From Myxococcota bacterium (GTDB lineage Bacteria; Myxococcota_A; Polyangia; Polyangiales; Sandaracinaceae), in contig JAYZQJ010000118.1 of NCBI GenBank assembly GCA_036149055.1, positions 1 through 18,252 on the forward strand: 18,252 nucleotides of DNA. The letters run 5' to 3'. Of the stretch, positions 17,308 to 18,252 are shown piece after piece; position 1 is the first letter of the stretch, and each line of letters opens with the position of its first letter. The translations under genes were made by a program, and so were the position numbers. The notes beneath the pieces are model-generated. The model made no database searches. It was not told where the DNA came from and saw nothing but the letters and a program-made list of their open reading frames with translations.

Positions 17308-18252
17308 TCAGTTCTCGTCGGCGGCGGCCGCTTCGGCCTCGGCGGGGGCGGCCTCGGCGGCGGCGCCCGCCTGGCTCGCGCGGCGATGCTCGCGCTCGGC
17401 GACCGCGAGGCGCGACAGCTCCCGCTGGGCACGCGCGGCCACGCCGGCGTTCTGCGAGGCGCGCTCGAGGAGGCGCCGGGCCTGGCTCAGCTGGCCGAGG
17501 CGGCGGTAGCAGTCGGCGGCCTCGATCATCGCGTCGGGCGCCCCGCGGTAGCTGCCGTGCTGGCTGAGCAGGTTGTCGTAGCTGCGCACCGCGGCGCGGC
17601 AGTCGCCCGCCTCCCGGAGGCTGCGCGCGAGGTGGTGCAGGGCCGAGGGGACGAGCGAGCGGTCCGGCCCGGGGCGCCGCACCACCGCCTCGAACTCCTC
17701 GGCCGCGGCCCGGTATCGGCGGCCGCGGTAGTGGTCCATGCCCAGCTGGTAGCGCTCGCCGGCGCCGCCGGTGGAGGCCTGCTGGCGCTGCTGCGGCGCG
17801 CTGGGCGCCGGGGAGGGCTGCTGCTGCACGGAGGGCTGCCGCACGGAGGGCATGGGCGCCGTCTGGGCCTCCCGGGCGTAGGCCGGGGCCGTCCGCGCCT
17901 GCGAGGGCGGCGGCGACGGCGGCCGGGCGCTGCCCTCGGCCCCGTAGCTCCCCGACCCGTAGCTCTCGCCCTGGGCGAGCAGCGTCTCGGCGCCCTCGGC
18001 CATGTCGAGCATCGGCTCCTCGATCACCTGCCCCTGGCGCTCGGCCGCGCGCTCCTCGGCCTGCGCCATTTCGGTCGGCGTCTCCGCCTCGTCCACGGCG
18101 AGGTCGTCGTGGGTGGCGCCGGGCGCCTCGGCCTCCGGTCGAGGCGCCAGCGCGCTGGGCGCCGCGGTGGTGGCGACCCCGCGCGGCCCCACCTCCGCGC
18201 CGGCGTCGCCGGGGACGATGCGGCCGGTGTGCGGAGCGGGGCGGAGCTCCAG
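17308..18252 (-). CDS. 3' part of a TPR-containing protein (Pro/Ala/Gln-rich linker plus ~3 C-terminal TPR-like repeats); start lies beyond the window
   Basis: The frame stays open from 18252 (LELRPAPHTG...) to the TGA at 17310-17308. TPR-like units: YQLGMDHYRGRRYRAAAEEFEAVV, ALHHLARSLREAGDCRAAVRSYDNLL, AMIEAADCYRRLGQLSQARRLLERA. Confidence 0.85.
   Translation of the reverse strand: MELRPAPHTGRIVPGDAGAEVGPRGVATTAAPSALAPRPEAEAPGATHDDLAVDEAETPTEMAQAEERAAERQGQVIEEPMLDMAEGAETLLAQGESYGSGSYGAEGSARPPSPPPSQARTAPAYAREAQTAPMPSVRQPSVQQQPSPAPSAPQQRQQASTGGAGERYQLGMDHYRGRRYRAAAEEFEAVVRRPGPDRSLVPSALHHLARSLREAGDCRAAVRSYDNLLSQHGSYRGAPDAMIEAADCYRRLGQLSQARRLLERASQNAGVAARAQRELSRLAVAEREHRRASQAGAAAEAAPAEAEAAAADEN

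Overview
Very GC-rich bacterial chromosomal segment. The gene content (two sigma54 activators, an extra sigma70-family factor, an RsbR-like STAS protein, secreted HEAT/TPR proteins) suggests Myxococcota/Polyangiales, which is an inference. About 13 genes are supported, plus a possible gene start running off the left edge. In order: a minus-strand MsbA-like ABC exporter > secreted discoidin-like/HEAT protein > lipoprotein cluster; a divergent non-housekeeping sigma70-family factor; dacB; a SAMHD1-like HD protein > secreted protein > small membrane protein; an NtrC-family regulator; a single-domain response regulator; a minus-strand aspartate kinase > second NtrC-family regulator pair; an RsbR-like STAS protein; and a 5'-truncated TPR protein. 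The least explained part is the ~1.1 kb non-coding region at the left: 13 tandem 42/43-bp palindromic repeats without spacers (207-751), flanked by a 15-bp direct-repeat pair and a second family of 35-bp pyrimidine-rich hairpin elements. The regulatory signals are also notable: sigma54 (-24/-12) promoters precede both the sigma factor and the single-domain regulator, the sigma factor has His at the E. coli Q437 position, and several genes look leaderless. All calls come from reading the sequence; no searches were run.
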